Assembly: GCA_951406725.2 (NCBI GenBank)
Contig: OX597821.1
Coordinates: 25,792,001 to 25,856,000, forward strand
Origin: Octopus vulgaris
Lineage: Eukaryota
Reading direction: 5' to 3'
DNA: 64,000 bases
The translations under genes and the position numbers were made by a program. The notes beneath the pieces were generated by a model, which was given only the letters and a program-made list of their open reading frames with translations, did not search any database and was not told where the DNA came from. Positions 13,017 to 26,053 of the stretch are shown here, piece after piece. Position 1 is the first letter of the stretch. Every line of letters starts with the position of its first letter.

Positions 13017-14482
13017 AAATGTTTACTTAGCCAGACTGACAGAGGAGAGCCTATGGCTATGATGAAAACAGTGGACACAGGTGAATTGAAAAACTGGTTA
13101 TGGTTGTGTAGTCATAACACGTTTGTGCACGTGCGTGTGTTAGCTTAATCCTTGTTGTTTTCGTATTGTTTTCGATATTACTTAGTACGTCTTCAATGTA
13201 GATATATTTCAGCTATTTTACAGCCATGAGCCACCAACAGTGTCTCTAAAGCCAGTCATGAGCAACCTGCGACCCGACCCCTATGACACTGAATGACATA
13301 CCCAACGAAATATTACCTTGAATTTCTTTTAGTAGTGCGGCCTCCCTAATCATGTGACCCGCTTCTCAAAAAATGTTACCCATGCCTGCTCTAAGCTGTC
13401 ATTCGTGTTGCCTACTTGAAGAACAAACTAAATTTCTCTCGAAGTACATTACCTTATTGCCTGAAAAAGAAAGATATAAAGCACGTTGGTCAGGGTACTC
13501 ATAGGTATATAAAAATATGGGATGGTTACGGCTGGAATCCCTTTGATCATATGTCTACTCGGACCAGATTCACATGCGGGCCAAACATGAACGACTGCAA
13601 CCACAAACTCGTTCTTACTATGTTATTGTGAAATTTACGTGTGAACTCGCAAACTTTATTTCTATGGCCGGGTTTCAACATTCATATCTTCTCCATACAC
13701 ATATTCTACTTATATAGCTATGTGAAACCTATTGATTATAGGACTGAATTCAGATAATATTGAAATACACTTGTATTTCTCGAAAATGTTAGCGGCATGG
13801 GCAAAACGATTTCTTCTAAGATTCGAACTACTGACTTAAGCTCATTGACAATTTATCGCCATATCGTATTGGCCAATTCTCATATGCAAATACTATGGTG
13901 GCTTGGAACATTTGTGGTCTTGTATTAATCAGTGCTGCCATAGCAGTTACATCAGTATAGTTATTACAGTTATAGGTGGTTACTCTGTTAACGTCATCTT
14001 CTGTAGTTGCTATGTCTACAAAGCTTATTTATTCTGGTAGGCTGTTGTTTAGCCCCAGGTCAAGTATTTGTCGTGACCATTTCGTCTTTCTCTGTATCTA
14101 AAATGACACTGAGCCAGTGGAGTGGACAAAATGCCTTGCAGTATTTGTTCAAACTCTTTACGAGCTGAGTTCAATTCCTACTGAAGTTTATTTCATTTTT
14201 CATCATTCCAGAGCATCTACTGTGTTGATAACGCCTACTGGGACAGAAGCACTTGTCCTTAGCTCTTCTCTTTCTTGTCTCCAGACAATCAGACTGCCAA
14301 TTTTGGAAAATTCTTCATTCCTGAGATTATCACCCTTTCTCATTTAGAGTTAGTCCCAAATTCCACCATCAAACGATTATTTTACTCTCTTTGGGAGCGG
14401 AGATAATTTCAATAATCCAAGTAGAATTTATTTTTTATGGTATTTGATATACCCTTATATATATACATATATATATTCATAC

Positions 14483-14521
<39 letters not shown>

Positions 14522-14539
14522 GAGAGAGAGAGAGAGTTC

Positions 14540-14935
14540 GAATTTACAGAAAATAAAAGACGAAGGCAAGTGGAGAAACAACAACCAGGTGTATTAGTTT
14601 GACGTTCAGAAAGAATGGAAAAGTCTTTGACATTTTGAGCCTATGCTCTTCGACAGAAAGGATTGGGAGGGAAAAAGAGAAAGAACGAGAAAAAAAATGA
14701 AGAGAAAAAATGTGTGGGGACTAAACGGTTCAACATGATGATTATCCGTCGACAGGCCACTGTTATTTATAGTGTTAAACGCTTTCGGTATGCAAATTAG
14801 GACCCCTTCATAGAGTAACTGCTGCATTTGTTGAGTATATAAATAGTTTGGCTGCTTGTTTCTCTGGAGATTGTCGGAATGATGTAGACGCCTCTGATGA
14901 GAACCCAATAAGGTTCGAAAATCGATTAAAACTAT
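14540..14935. mobile_element. Penelope-associated terminal-repeat fragments with hammerhead-like motifs
   Basis: 14540-14720 (minus) is homologous to 29700-29915; CTGATGA-GAACC-loop-GGTTC-GAAA at 14894-14920. Confidence 0.5.
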
Positions 14936-16032
14936 TCATCATTTTTTTTTTTTTAGTCTGCGGAGAAATGGCTAAAATTTGCCCTCACCAGTGACAAAGG
15001 AAACATCGAAGTCGGATCACGATCTGCTAGAAATTGCAGCCAAGGTGTGTTCTATATACTCCTAAAAAGGCGGTATAGTCGTGGCTGGAATGAATGCCTT
15101 TTGATCGTAGGCATGCTCATTCAGGGTGGACCTGACAAAATCTAAAATATCTAGCTGGTATAACAATGTTCTGTACGCCATAAATTATTGTTTAGCCCCA
15201 GATCTACTCTTATTGAGAAGTCTTGTGATGAACGCGTTCCAGTTGTGAATATACTGTCTTCTCCCCCTCCCCCCAGGTATAAGTGTATCTGTGTGTTTTA
15301 GGTGTAAGTATATCTATTATCAAATGTGTCCTTCGTCTATTATGCTAGTAGTTTGAAGGAGATTTGGCAGCCATATTTAGTTGTAAAGCGACCGCAAAGA
15401 TCATGCATGACCGACCTTTATCGAGAAGCGGTAGACCCGGTTCATCGTCCGGCGGACCGCAAGTTGCCCACGACTGACATAGAAGTTTACTCGTTGGCTC
15501 ACTGCGGATAGCTAACTATATCAATAGTTGTCACCTCGCTGCGATGTCTCCCTTACAGTTGGAATTCAGCATATAAGTCAGCCCCACCACCACCATTCTT
15601 TGCCTTTGTCAGTGTCGTTATCAGACCGCCAATATTTTGTCTCACTAATGTCGGTGAGTTGGCAGAATCGTGAATGCTTAGCGGCATTTCTTCGACTTTA
15701 CGATCTGAGTTCAAATGCCGCCGAGTCAATTTTGCCTTTCATCTTTTCGGGGTTGATGTAATCGACCTACCACCTCCTCTCGAAATTGCTGGCCTTGAGC
15801 CAAAATTTGAAACTAATATTTTTTGTGTCACTGCTTAGTAGTTTCGACCTCATCACACGCCTTACGTGAAATAGAAGTCAAATTTCTATAAAATCACATC
15901 CTTCTTAAAAGAAAGGGATAAAGAGATAAAGACGAGGTGCTTTGATCATAGGTCTGTTTGATTAGGGTTAAATAACAGTAATATCTACATTATACACATG
16001 GTTAAATATCGAGTCAACGCTTGAAGCTTCTG

Positions 16033-16217
16033 GGGTTGCTAGGTTTGTAAGAAATAGTAGTTTAATCGCCTTCAAATCATACCCCATCTTTAAAAAAAAA
16101 ACGGAAGGTACAAAGGACGATGTAGTTGTAGATACACTGTGTCTGATAATAATAGTAGGAATGCCTTTAATATCATAGATTTGTTCGATCATAGCTAACC
16201 TGGGGCTAAACGACATC
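16033..16217 (+). mobile_element. Interspersed repeat family D (SINE-like); other pieces near 3860-4045, 5890-6050, 10770-10940, 15015-15385, 15845-15970
   Basis: Recurrent motifs ctagaaatagcagccaaat and gcctttgatcataggtctg...ctggggctaaacaac. Confidence 0.55.
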
Positions 16218-16623
16218 GTGCGAATTTACACACAGATCGGTTACAGTATGTATATATATATATATATACACCCGCTCAGAAACCGACATACGTGTGCGCA
16301 CACACACACTCACGCGCTGTGATATTTTTATCTCCATCTATTAAAGAGTGTTCTTCCTTCACTATTCTACGTTTCAGTTAATTTCTCCTTTATTTCATCT
16401 TTCTTTCTTCTGTTTTATCCAACTTCCATTAGCTTACCTTCACTTCTCTTCTCTATCTTTACTCTCATCCTTTGCTCTATCTTTTTTTCTTTACTCTTCC
16501 CATCTCTCTTCTCATTCTCTTTCCTCCCTCACTTATTTTGAAATTAGCAATTCTTTTTATTCTCTTTCATTCATCCTTTGTCTTCCTCACATCCTTCCAT
16601 CCTCTCCAGTTATTATTATTATT

Positions 16624-17062
16624 GAGGCGGTGAGCTGGCAGAATTGTTAGCACTCCGGACAAATATGATTAGCGGCATTTCGCCCGGTTTTACGTTCTGA
16701 GTTCAGATTCCGCCGAGGTCGACTTTGTCTTTCATCCTTTCGGAGTCGATAAATTCAGTAAGTCAAACTCTGGAGTCGTAATCAACTAACCCCTCCTTCC
16801 CCTAAAATTTCAGACCTTGTGCCTATAATAGAAAGAAAGGATTATATTAAGGTGGCGAGCTGGCAGAATCGTTAGCAAGCCGGACGAAATACTTAGCGGC
16901 ATCTCTTCCGGCTCGTTACGTTTCGAGTTCAGACTTTACCGTGGTCGACTTTGCCTTTCATCCTTTCGGAGTCAATGAAATAAATGCCAGTTAAATACTA
17001 GTTTCGATGTAATCGACTTTCCCCCTTCCCCCACCGTCAGAATTTCAGGCCTTGTCCCTATA
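16624..17062 (+). mobile_element. Two tandem SINE family A' copies
   Basis: Two ggcgagctggcagaat heads (16625, 16850) with the gcctttcatcctttcgg core. Confidence 0.85.
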
Positions 17063-17780
17063 GTTGTTATGGTCCTTTCAATCCGTCTGCTGCAAAATGA
17101 TTTTCTCGTAGTTCTCTAGACACTCTTTCTCAATCTTTCCATATCTACATTCTCCTCTGTCCCTCTCCTCCTATGAACACCCCCCCTGTCTCTATCTAAT
17201 TCCCCTTCTCATTTAGTCTATTCCTTCTTCCCGCCGTCTCTACACCCATTCTTTCTTTATCCTATCTCTATTTCATTTACACTTTCATTTTCTATCCTCT
17301 TCCCGTTATTGCAACTCACATTTCTTCTCCATTTTCTTCCTACTCCTCTAAATATCCTCTCTTCTCTCTAATCTACATTTCACTCTGACACTACTTACAA
17401 CCCCCTTTTTTCTCTTACTTTCTTCTCTACTCGTTTTCTTTCCCTTTATATATACACTATATTTATACTCACTTATGTATGTATCTATCTATCTAAAAAT
17501 ACACACACATACTCTCTCTTCCCTCTCCTCCACCTTTCTCATCCCTATGCATTTCTTCTCCTTTCTGTCACTCAACTCTCTCTTGCCCTTCCCCCCTTTC
17601 TCTTCTGTGCTCCTTGATCATTTCACTGTAACCCACTGTATCTCTCGTCCATTTCACAGTGCTCGTTGTTTTAGCTCATTTTATGAACTTTTCCGCACAT
17701 CCTCTAACTCTTAAAGTTAGAGATCTTCCATGCCCCACATCCATACATTTACCATGTAGGTGTGTCTGTGTGTGTTTCTG

Positions 17781-17821
<41 letters not shown>

Positions 17822-17962
17822 TCAACTATCAACACACCTCACCTTTTAGAAATATCGATTTCTTTCTGTCACATTAGCCACAGATATCTAGGTGAGGCAT
17901 ACTGTGACGTTTAATCCCTTTGTTAAAGAGTGTTGTAGACAGTTCCTCTTCACACACTCACT

Positions 17963-17993
<31 letters not shown>

Positions 17994-20154
17994 GCACACA
18001 CACACACACACAATATGCAGGCACACATTTTAAAAAAAAATCTTTTTTGGTTAGTAGGACAGGCAGTGCCTATGATCCTTTATAAGAATCTCTAAGACTA
18101 GCTGGAAAGAGGAAGGTATCCTCAAACCAGACTGCCTGGCCTGAATGCTTGCAACAAGATAGATTCCGATAAAGGCATCCTATGTAGGTGCTAGGTGGTG
18201 GTGTTAAACTAGGCGTTGGATTAAGGTTTTCTAATCAACTTAATTAGGAAGATAGATATTCCAGCAAAAAGTTTGAAGGTTAGTGGTTATTTATGCAGGA
18301 GTAGGCTTTGTCACTACATCGGAAAAGCTTTGACCCAAAATATATATCTCAACATGGAAAACATGCTAATCATCATCGCCAGCTACAAAAATAGGGGACA
18401 CAAATCACTTCTATCCTATACTGGAGAAGGTCTTGGTCAAACTCACACTCAACAGACTGGACCAATCTATATCAGAAACCATCACTCCAGAGTCACAATG
18501 CAGCTTACACAGGGATTGAGATACAATCAATATAATGTGCATTATAAATGCAGCTTCTAAGAAAATACAGAATGCAAGACCAGGACCTGCTCACTGGGTT
18601 TGTGGATCCGGCAAAGGTCTTCGAAATAACCAAGAAAGAAAGGGATCTTCTCTGAAACTTTAGTTGCTCGCCCTAGTTTGTGACTAGTCTTACATTTCTA
18701 CATTGCTATAATGGCTTAAGTTACTGTTGTTGAAGGGCAGAAATCTGAACCCAGATTCGGGTATAACTCTGTGCTGGCTCCTGTCTTGTGAGTCACTCAC
18801 TCCTTCCTCATTCTCTTGTGAATCAATGTTAAGCAGATGGATAGAAAGGAGAAATGCTAGTCACTTGTAACTACTGACTCGATGGAAACTTTTTCAATAT
18901 CAGAAAGCTGCCATCATCAAGTTCAGATCTGAACGTGTCATTGAATAACAGTTATTGGCTAAACTGGCAAAATGACCATTCCGAAATACAACAATATATG
19001 TTGATGACTGCTCTCTATAGCCTTCACTCAGGAAGACTTTCAAACCATAATTTCATTCACGCACAGCTTCGATATTCAGAGTGGTCTACCTCCTGAAAAT
19101 GTCGATCGTATTATAAATTTCTAACTAAAAGATTCAATTTTGCATTAATATCTGGTCCTAGATAGATAGAGAGGGCGGGGCAGTAAATAGTAAGAGAGAG
19201 AGAGAGAATAGTATTAGGTCATCCCTTAAATAGTCCAGCTTTTAATACTTCTTTTATTTTTCAAAATTAAGATAAAGTTATTTTTTTAATCTAAAATACA
19301 CACTCCTTCATTTTCTACAATGCTCTTCAATCTATCTTGTAGACTTGCAAGGCCCCTCTTCCAAAATTCACTTGTCTGTGATGAAAAATCTCCTCCAGTA
19401 CTGTCCTGATATTGAAATCAAAGATGATCGTTTTTCTTCTAGTGCTGACTTAAGCCGCTCAAGCTGCTCGCAGTAGATCTCCTTTGTTATCATTTGGTTT
19501 GGGTTTAAAAGTTCAAAGTGGACTAAACCTTTCATATCCCACCAAACAGAAAACAACACCTTACATGGGTGAAGACCTTCTTTAGCCTGGGGGGTGCTGG
19601 TGTTTCTCTTTACCAACCTACTGTCTTAGGTGCTTGACATTTTTATAGAGAAGCCATTTCTCATCACCAGTCACTATTCAGTCCAAAAAAGGTTCATTTG
19701 TGAGACGTGACAGCAAAGTAGAGCACACATTCACTCTCTGCGCACAATTAGACTTGGAAAGTTTGTGAGGAACCTGTTGACCCAATTTGCTGACTTTTCT
19801 GATGGCACGCAGGTGTTGATGAATGGTTGAATGACCAAATCCAAGCTTCTCTGCTAGTTCCCCAACAGTTTCAATGGAATTTTGTCCCACCAGGGTTTGC
19901 AGGACGTCCTCGTCGAGCTCTACAGATCTTCCAGGACGAGGCTTGTGTTCTTGGCTGTAGTTCCCGGTTTGGAATTTCTGGAAACACCATTGACACTAGC
20001 TTATGCTTATTATGATCCCCATGTACTGCATTAATATTCCTCGCACTTTCCGTTGTAAAATATGCCGAATATGCCCCTTTGTCACTTCCTTTATAGTTTT
20101 GAAAAAATAACTGAAAATCGAATAGCACTGTTCAAAACTTGCACTAAGAATAAG

Positions 20155-21752
20155 TAACTTTTAATTACCCACAAGGGGCTGGTATAGAGGGGACAACACA
20201 AAAACGTGGGGACACATAACATGAAAAAAATGAAATTAAAAAAATAAAATTAAAAATATGGTAACATGAATGATACATGAAAATGAAACATGAAAGTGAG
20301 TTGCTTGCCTCACCTCAAGTAGCAAAACTTATTTCCTTCTGAATCCCAAGTCCTTCAAAATGTCCAATCCGAATTTTTCTCAGTTCTTCATATTCTACTT
20401 TTACCGGTATCCTTTACAGGTTCACATCAGTTCTTCCTATATTTACAACCTTTTTTTGTATATTTTGCAATCACTTCCTTCAGGCTCTGAGACACGAGTA
20501 CACACATGTGCCAACCCACAACATTCGTGTATCCCTCCACATCCACAAATTTTGCTGTCTTCCTCCTTGTTACCTCATTTATTAGTTCCTCGTCTACATC
20601 CTCTCTCAACACACATACATAGCTATTTTCACAGGGGTGGCGGTGTATTTTGTGTGTTTTGTGATGTCTGTTTCTCTCTTTTTTTACATTGTGAAGGCAG
20701 GGAATGGGTGGGTTTGATGTCTGTGGGGAGAGGGTGGGTCTGAGAGGTTATGGATGGGGATGGCTTGGAGTTCCACATCACACTGTCCTTTCTTCCTTCT
20801 GCCACTGTCCATAATTCTTCCTTTTTCCTTTCTTCCATCTGTACCTCCTCTTGCTTCTTCTCCAACTCTTTATCCACTTTTTCCAGACTATGCTTCTGCG
20901 GAGGGCAGTGTGCTCTAATGTGGGCCTTTTGGCCACATTTAAAACAGCGAGGGATTCTTCTCTCCACTCACACTCTCAAGATTATGTCTCCCACAGTCAC
21001 CGTCTCCACTAAATCTTCCAAGGATTATACTTCAGCCTGAACAAGAAGTTCTAATGTTTTTCCTTTCCACATCATCTCCTCCGTTTCTGTGACTTGGAGG
21101 ACAGCCACTTCCTCCTCACTTCTGAGGAGGACAGCCGCCGCAACCCAAGCCATATCTGTGTCTGGCAAGATTCCCTCTACCCTGATCTTGGATGTCCTTC
21201 TTCCAAGATTCATGAGTAGAAGGACCACTTTATTCGACTTCACCGTGTTTACAGCCAGCCTCCTTGCTACTTCCTCCATCTTAAACTGGACCACCACCGT
21301 CCCATATTTGCTTCGTCTTGCCAAAAACACCATATCCTTAGATACCGCGCACAATGCCTTCTCAGTTGTTTCAGCTTCTACTAGGTCTACCTTTTTCTGT
21401 TCCACTAAATGAACATGCTTCATCATGTCCTCCATAACTTTCAGTGGAGATGATGACTTCATGTCACCACCTACTTTATGTGCCATTTTTTGATGTTCTT
21501 CCATTTCAGACAAGTCTATTTCATTCCTTTTTAACTCCAATTCCTCAGTGAAGCTCTTTTTTTTTTCCCCAACACATCTGTCCATTCTGTTTACTGCCTT
21601 TACTAATTCCTTCTCTGAAGTGGACAATTCCAACATGCTAAAGTCCAAATAGAACATTTTTCAATTAGCCATCGCTACCTCTCTGGGTAAACAGCTGCAA
21701 AGCAGCACAAAAATCGACACTTCAATACAACTCGATACATGTTAAAAAAATA
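20155..21752 (-). mobile_element. ORF1-only non-LTR retroelement 1 (L1/Tx1-type gag-like ORF1, no RT)
   Basis: ORFs 21657-21025 and 20967-20629 are in the same frame, split by one stop. The protein contains the zinc knuckle CFKCGQKAHIRAHC. The 3' end is gtcccctctataccagccccttgtgggtaattaaaa. Bounded by 20-bp direct repeats. Confidence 0.8.
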
Positions 21753-21772
21753 CGACTTGTACAAAGAATAAG

Positions 21773-22921
21773 TTGATTTTTTTATTACCCACAAGGGGCC
21801 AACAAATAGGGGACATATAAAAACGGAAAAAAAAGGAAAAAATTATAAATTAAAATGTATGAGATACATGAATGATACAATGAAAATGAGCTACTTGCCC
21901 CACCTCATGTAGCCTCACTTGCTTCCTTTCATCTTTTAAATTCCGTGGGGTGGATATGGTTTGGGGTTCTACTTCATTCTGTCCTTTCTTCCTCTTCCTT
22001 TTTCTTCCTTCAGCCACCATTCACTGTTCTTTGTTTCTCTTTTCTTCCTGCTGCACCATCTCCGGCTCCTTTCCAACTTCCTCCTGACTTCTCTGCTTCT
22101 GTCAAGGGCAGTGTGACCTTTTTTTGCCACATTTAAAGCAACGAGGGGTCCTGCCCTTCACCCACACTCTCAACACTACATCTCCAATGGTCACCATTTC
22201 TACCACATTTTCTAGTGTTTCTGCAGTGCTCTGTATTATCAGGTCCAATGTTTGGCCTTTCTATACTGAATTTTCTGTTTTTGTGGCTTGGAGGATGGCT
22301 ACATCTATTTCCGGTGGGATTCCCTCCACCCTAATCCTTCTTCGAAGATAAGTGGGTAGAAGGACCACTTTATCCAACTTTACTATGGGTACCGTGTGTT
22401 TTTTTGCTTTCCCTTCTGTCTTGAAATGGACCACAATTGTTCCATATCTGCTTTTTCTGGCAAGGTATGTTATGTCTAGCCAGACGGAGCACAACAACTT
22501 TTCTATTATTTCTGCCTCAACATTTTCAATTTTCCTTCCTTCCACTGAGTACATCTTGTATATTACTGTCTTCTTTTCCATTTCTTCCAATACTTTCTGT
22601 GGCGGTGACAACTTAACGTCACCACCTATCCTACATGCCATTTTCTTGTATTTCTCCATGTTTGTCAAGTCCACCTCCCTTTTTGTGACTTCTGTCACTT
22701 CCACAAAACTTTTCTCCCTTAAGCACTTGTCCATTCTATCAACTGCTCGTATGAGCTCCTCCTCCGAAGAGGACAATTCGGACCCACTAAAGTCCGAATA
22801 GATCATGTTTCTTACTGTTGACATTGCTGACCCTCCTCACGGCGGAGAGAAAGCACAACCAGAAAACCTCTTCAAAGCAGCACAGCACACTCCTCAACAA
22901 AAAAAACAATCCTCACAGAAC
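21773..22921 (-). mobile_element. ORF1-only non-LTR retroelement 2 (diverged paralog of element 1)
   Basis: ORF 22824-22261 is homologous to element 1 and continues past the stop to RTPRCFKCGKKGH. The 3' end is gtcccctatttgttggccccttgtgggtaataaaaaaaa. Confidence 0.8.
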
Positions 22922-23099
22922 AAACTTGCAGTGAGAATAAGGACAAGGTAAAATTACTGCCTTCTTTATAGCAAGTTGATACAGGTAGTTTATCCCGTCC
23001 CCCTCCGAATTTTAGATCATGCAATATTTATGGGACGACCCGATATAAGAGACATCCAAGCACTATAACAAATGTAAAGAATTCACTCTTGTGGCACAA

Positions 23100-24020
23100 T
23101 ATTTGATGGGTCTTTGCAATGCCTATTTTCAAAATAAATTAGTTGAATTGCGTGGTTTTGACAACTGTACACATTATGAAGCATCTGAGGTGGAGAGTAA
23201 CAAATCCGCTGACTGCAGTTCTGCGAATTGACAGTGGTGAGCGACACGGAGCCAGAGAAAGAAAAAGAGTATTGTACGAAGTGTGAAGGAAATTTGAAGG
23301 TGTCTCAAGCTTAAAGCGTAAAATTTGGTGTAAGAAAACTTAACACTAATCTAGCATTTATTGCTATGAAATATTAGAATAATATATTTCGATCGGAAAA
23401 GAAGAAAAGAAAAGACGCAACATTTCTCCGAATGAAATATCATTTGATAAAATATCATTTCAAATGAAACCTTTTTCAAAAAAATTTGTTCTGAAATTAT
23501 GTTTCTTTCTCCTTTGTTTTACTTGCTTTGTGGGTGTGTATTTTTTTTTTTATACCTTTCAAATAGATATCACAAAGCAACTGTATCTATAGCAAGCCAT
23601 CCATTAAAACCTCGTATTGATTCTCTAGCATTGACTAGCAACATTGCCTTGCAGTCTTCTATAGCAAGTTGTTGAGTGAGATTTTAATTTAAGAAAAATT
23701 CATGTTTAATGAATGATAGTAGATGAGCAGAAACGACCTGTTGGAAAGTATCAGTGGGGCTGAAAAAGTAATTCATCTACGGCATTATATTCCTTAATTT
23801 CAGTGAACAGTGAGCGAATGAAATATGAATATTATACAGACTATGTAGTATAAACTGATATTGTAAAAATAGACACAGTCATTGAAGAAAGGAGGAACAG
23901 TCATGGTTTGGTAATAATATATGAAAGCGACAAAACTATTCCGACATGCATCTCTCTTAAAATTATTAGTGCTGTAGATGAGGAAGGAAATATAAATGTA
24001 TTTAACACTGTTATCTTAAT
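23100..24020 (+). pseudogene. Decayed coding relic, copy 1 (paralogous to about 50790-52332)
   Basis: Alignable to copy 2. Plus-frame peptides IVDEQKRPVGKYQWG*KSNSS and ISAVDEEGNINVFNTVIL are conserved with many synonymous changes. Confidence 0.45.
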
Positions 24021-24238
24021 TCATAACTGTTTGTTTTTGTAATACTGTTTATTTTGTTAATCTTCAGAAATTATTGTTTTACTCAGTGTAAAGCTATGCA
24101 ATACGTTACAGATTATTTGTTTAAAAAAAATCTTTTCGTTAACATTTTGTGCCAATGTGACCCTATAATACATCATTCTACACAATCCTCCACCATTGTA
24201 AAGTGGCTCAGAATGTTCCCAGAACTAAGATTTGGCAA

Positions 24239-24651
24239 TATATGTGTGTGTGTATATATACACACATATATATACATATATATATATACATATATATGTA
24301 AATATATGCATATATATATATGTATATACATGTGTATATATATATACATATATATGTATATATATGTGTATATATATATATACATATATATATATTAGTA
24401 AATGTATATATATATATATATACATATAAATATGCATATATATGTGTATATATATATACACACATATAAATATGCATATATATGTGTATATATATATATT
24501 ACACATATAAATATGCATATATATGTGTATATATATATATATATACACATATAAATATGTATATATATGTGTATATATATATACACACATATAAATATGT
24601 ATATATATGTGTGTGTGTATATATATATATATGTATATATAAATATGTATA

Positions 24652-24731
<80 letters not shown>
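24239..24731. repeat. Degenerate (TA)n/(TATG)n microsatellite
   Basis: Visible simple repeat. Confidence 0.97.
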
Positions 24732-24734
<3 letters not shown>

Positions 24735-24882
24735 AATGGATGAATGAATTATCCTTTGTTTACAGTTAACACAGAAAATTCAGTAAACAATTACCAGGTT
24801 AGCAAAATTCACACAAGTAACAAGGATGTATCGACCTATTCAAAGGTAGAAACTCCAGGTTAATTTGCAGTAATTTGTATAG

Positions 24883-25042
24883 TATAAGTAAATAAATGGA
24901 GTTGAATGCAGGTGTTATTCAAATTCTTTTACTTTCGACATATGTTTCGAAGACAACATTGGTTTTATCCCAAAGGAATAAAACCAATGTTGTTGAAAGT
25001 AAAGGAATTTGAATAACACCTACGTTCAATTTCATTTATTTA

Positions 25043-25048
<6 letters not shown>
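24883..25048. repeat. Long imperfect palindrome
   Basis: Arms 24883-24940 and 24991-25048; inner stem caacattggttttat/ataaaaccaatgttg. Confidence 0.85.
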
Positions 25049-25952
<904 letters not shown>

Positions 25953-26053
25953 CTTATTCTGATTATAATCACCCCACTGATTTTTATGGATAACACCATT
26001 CAAAATTCTGGTGCATCTAAATTTAAGTACCATATTCATTTGAATCTAAATTT

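Larger units (their letters stand above)
19214..23043 (-). mobile_element. Decayed mariner DNA transposon interrupted by two retroelements
   Basis: TA-flanked degenerate TIRs (ttaggtcatcccttaaa / reverse complement tcgggtcgtcccataaa). Transposase fragments at 19260-20091: GQQVPHKL (WVPHEL motif), IVTGDEKW, KVLFSVWWDMKGLVHFELL. Confidence 0.88.

Noticed and set aside
18040-19100. Very old RTE-like RT traces (FVD..KVF near 18600)
   Set aside because: Too degraded to support boundaries or a confident call
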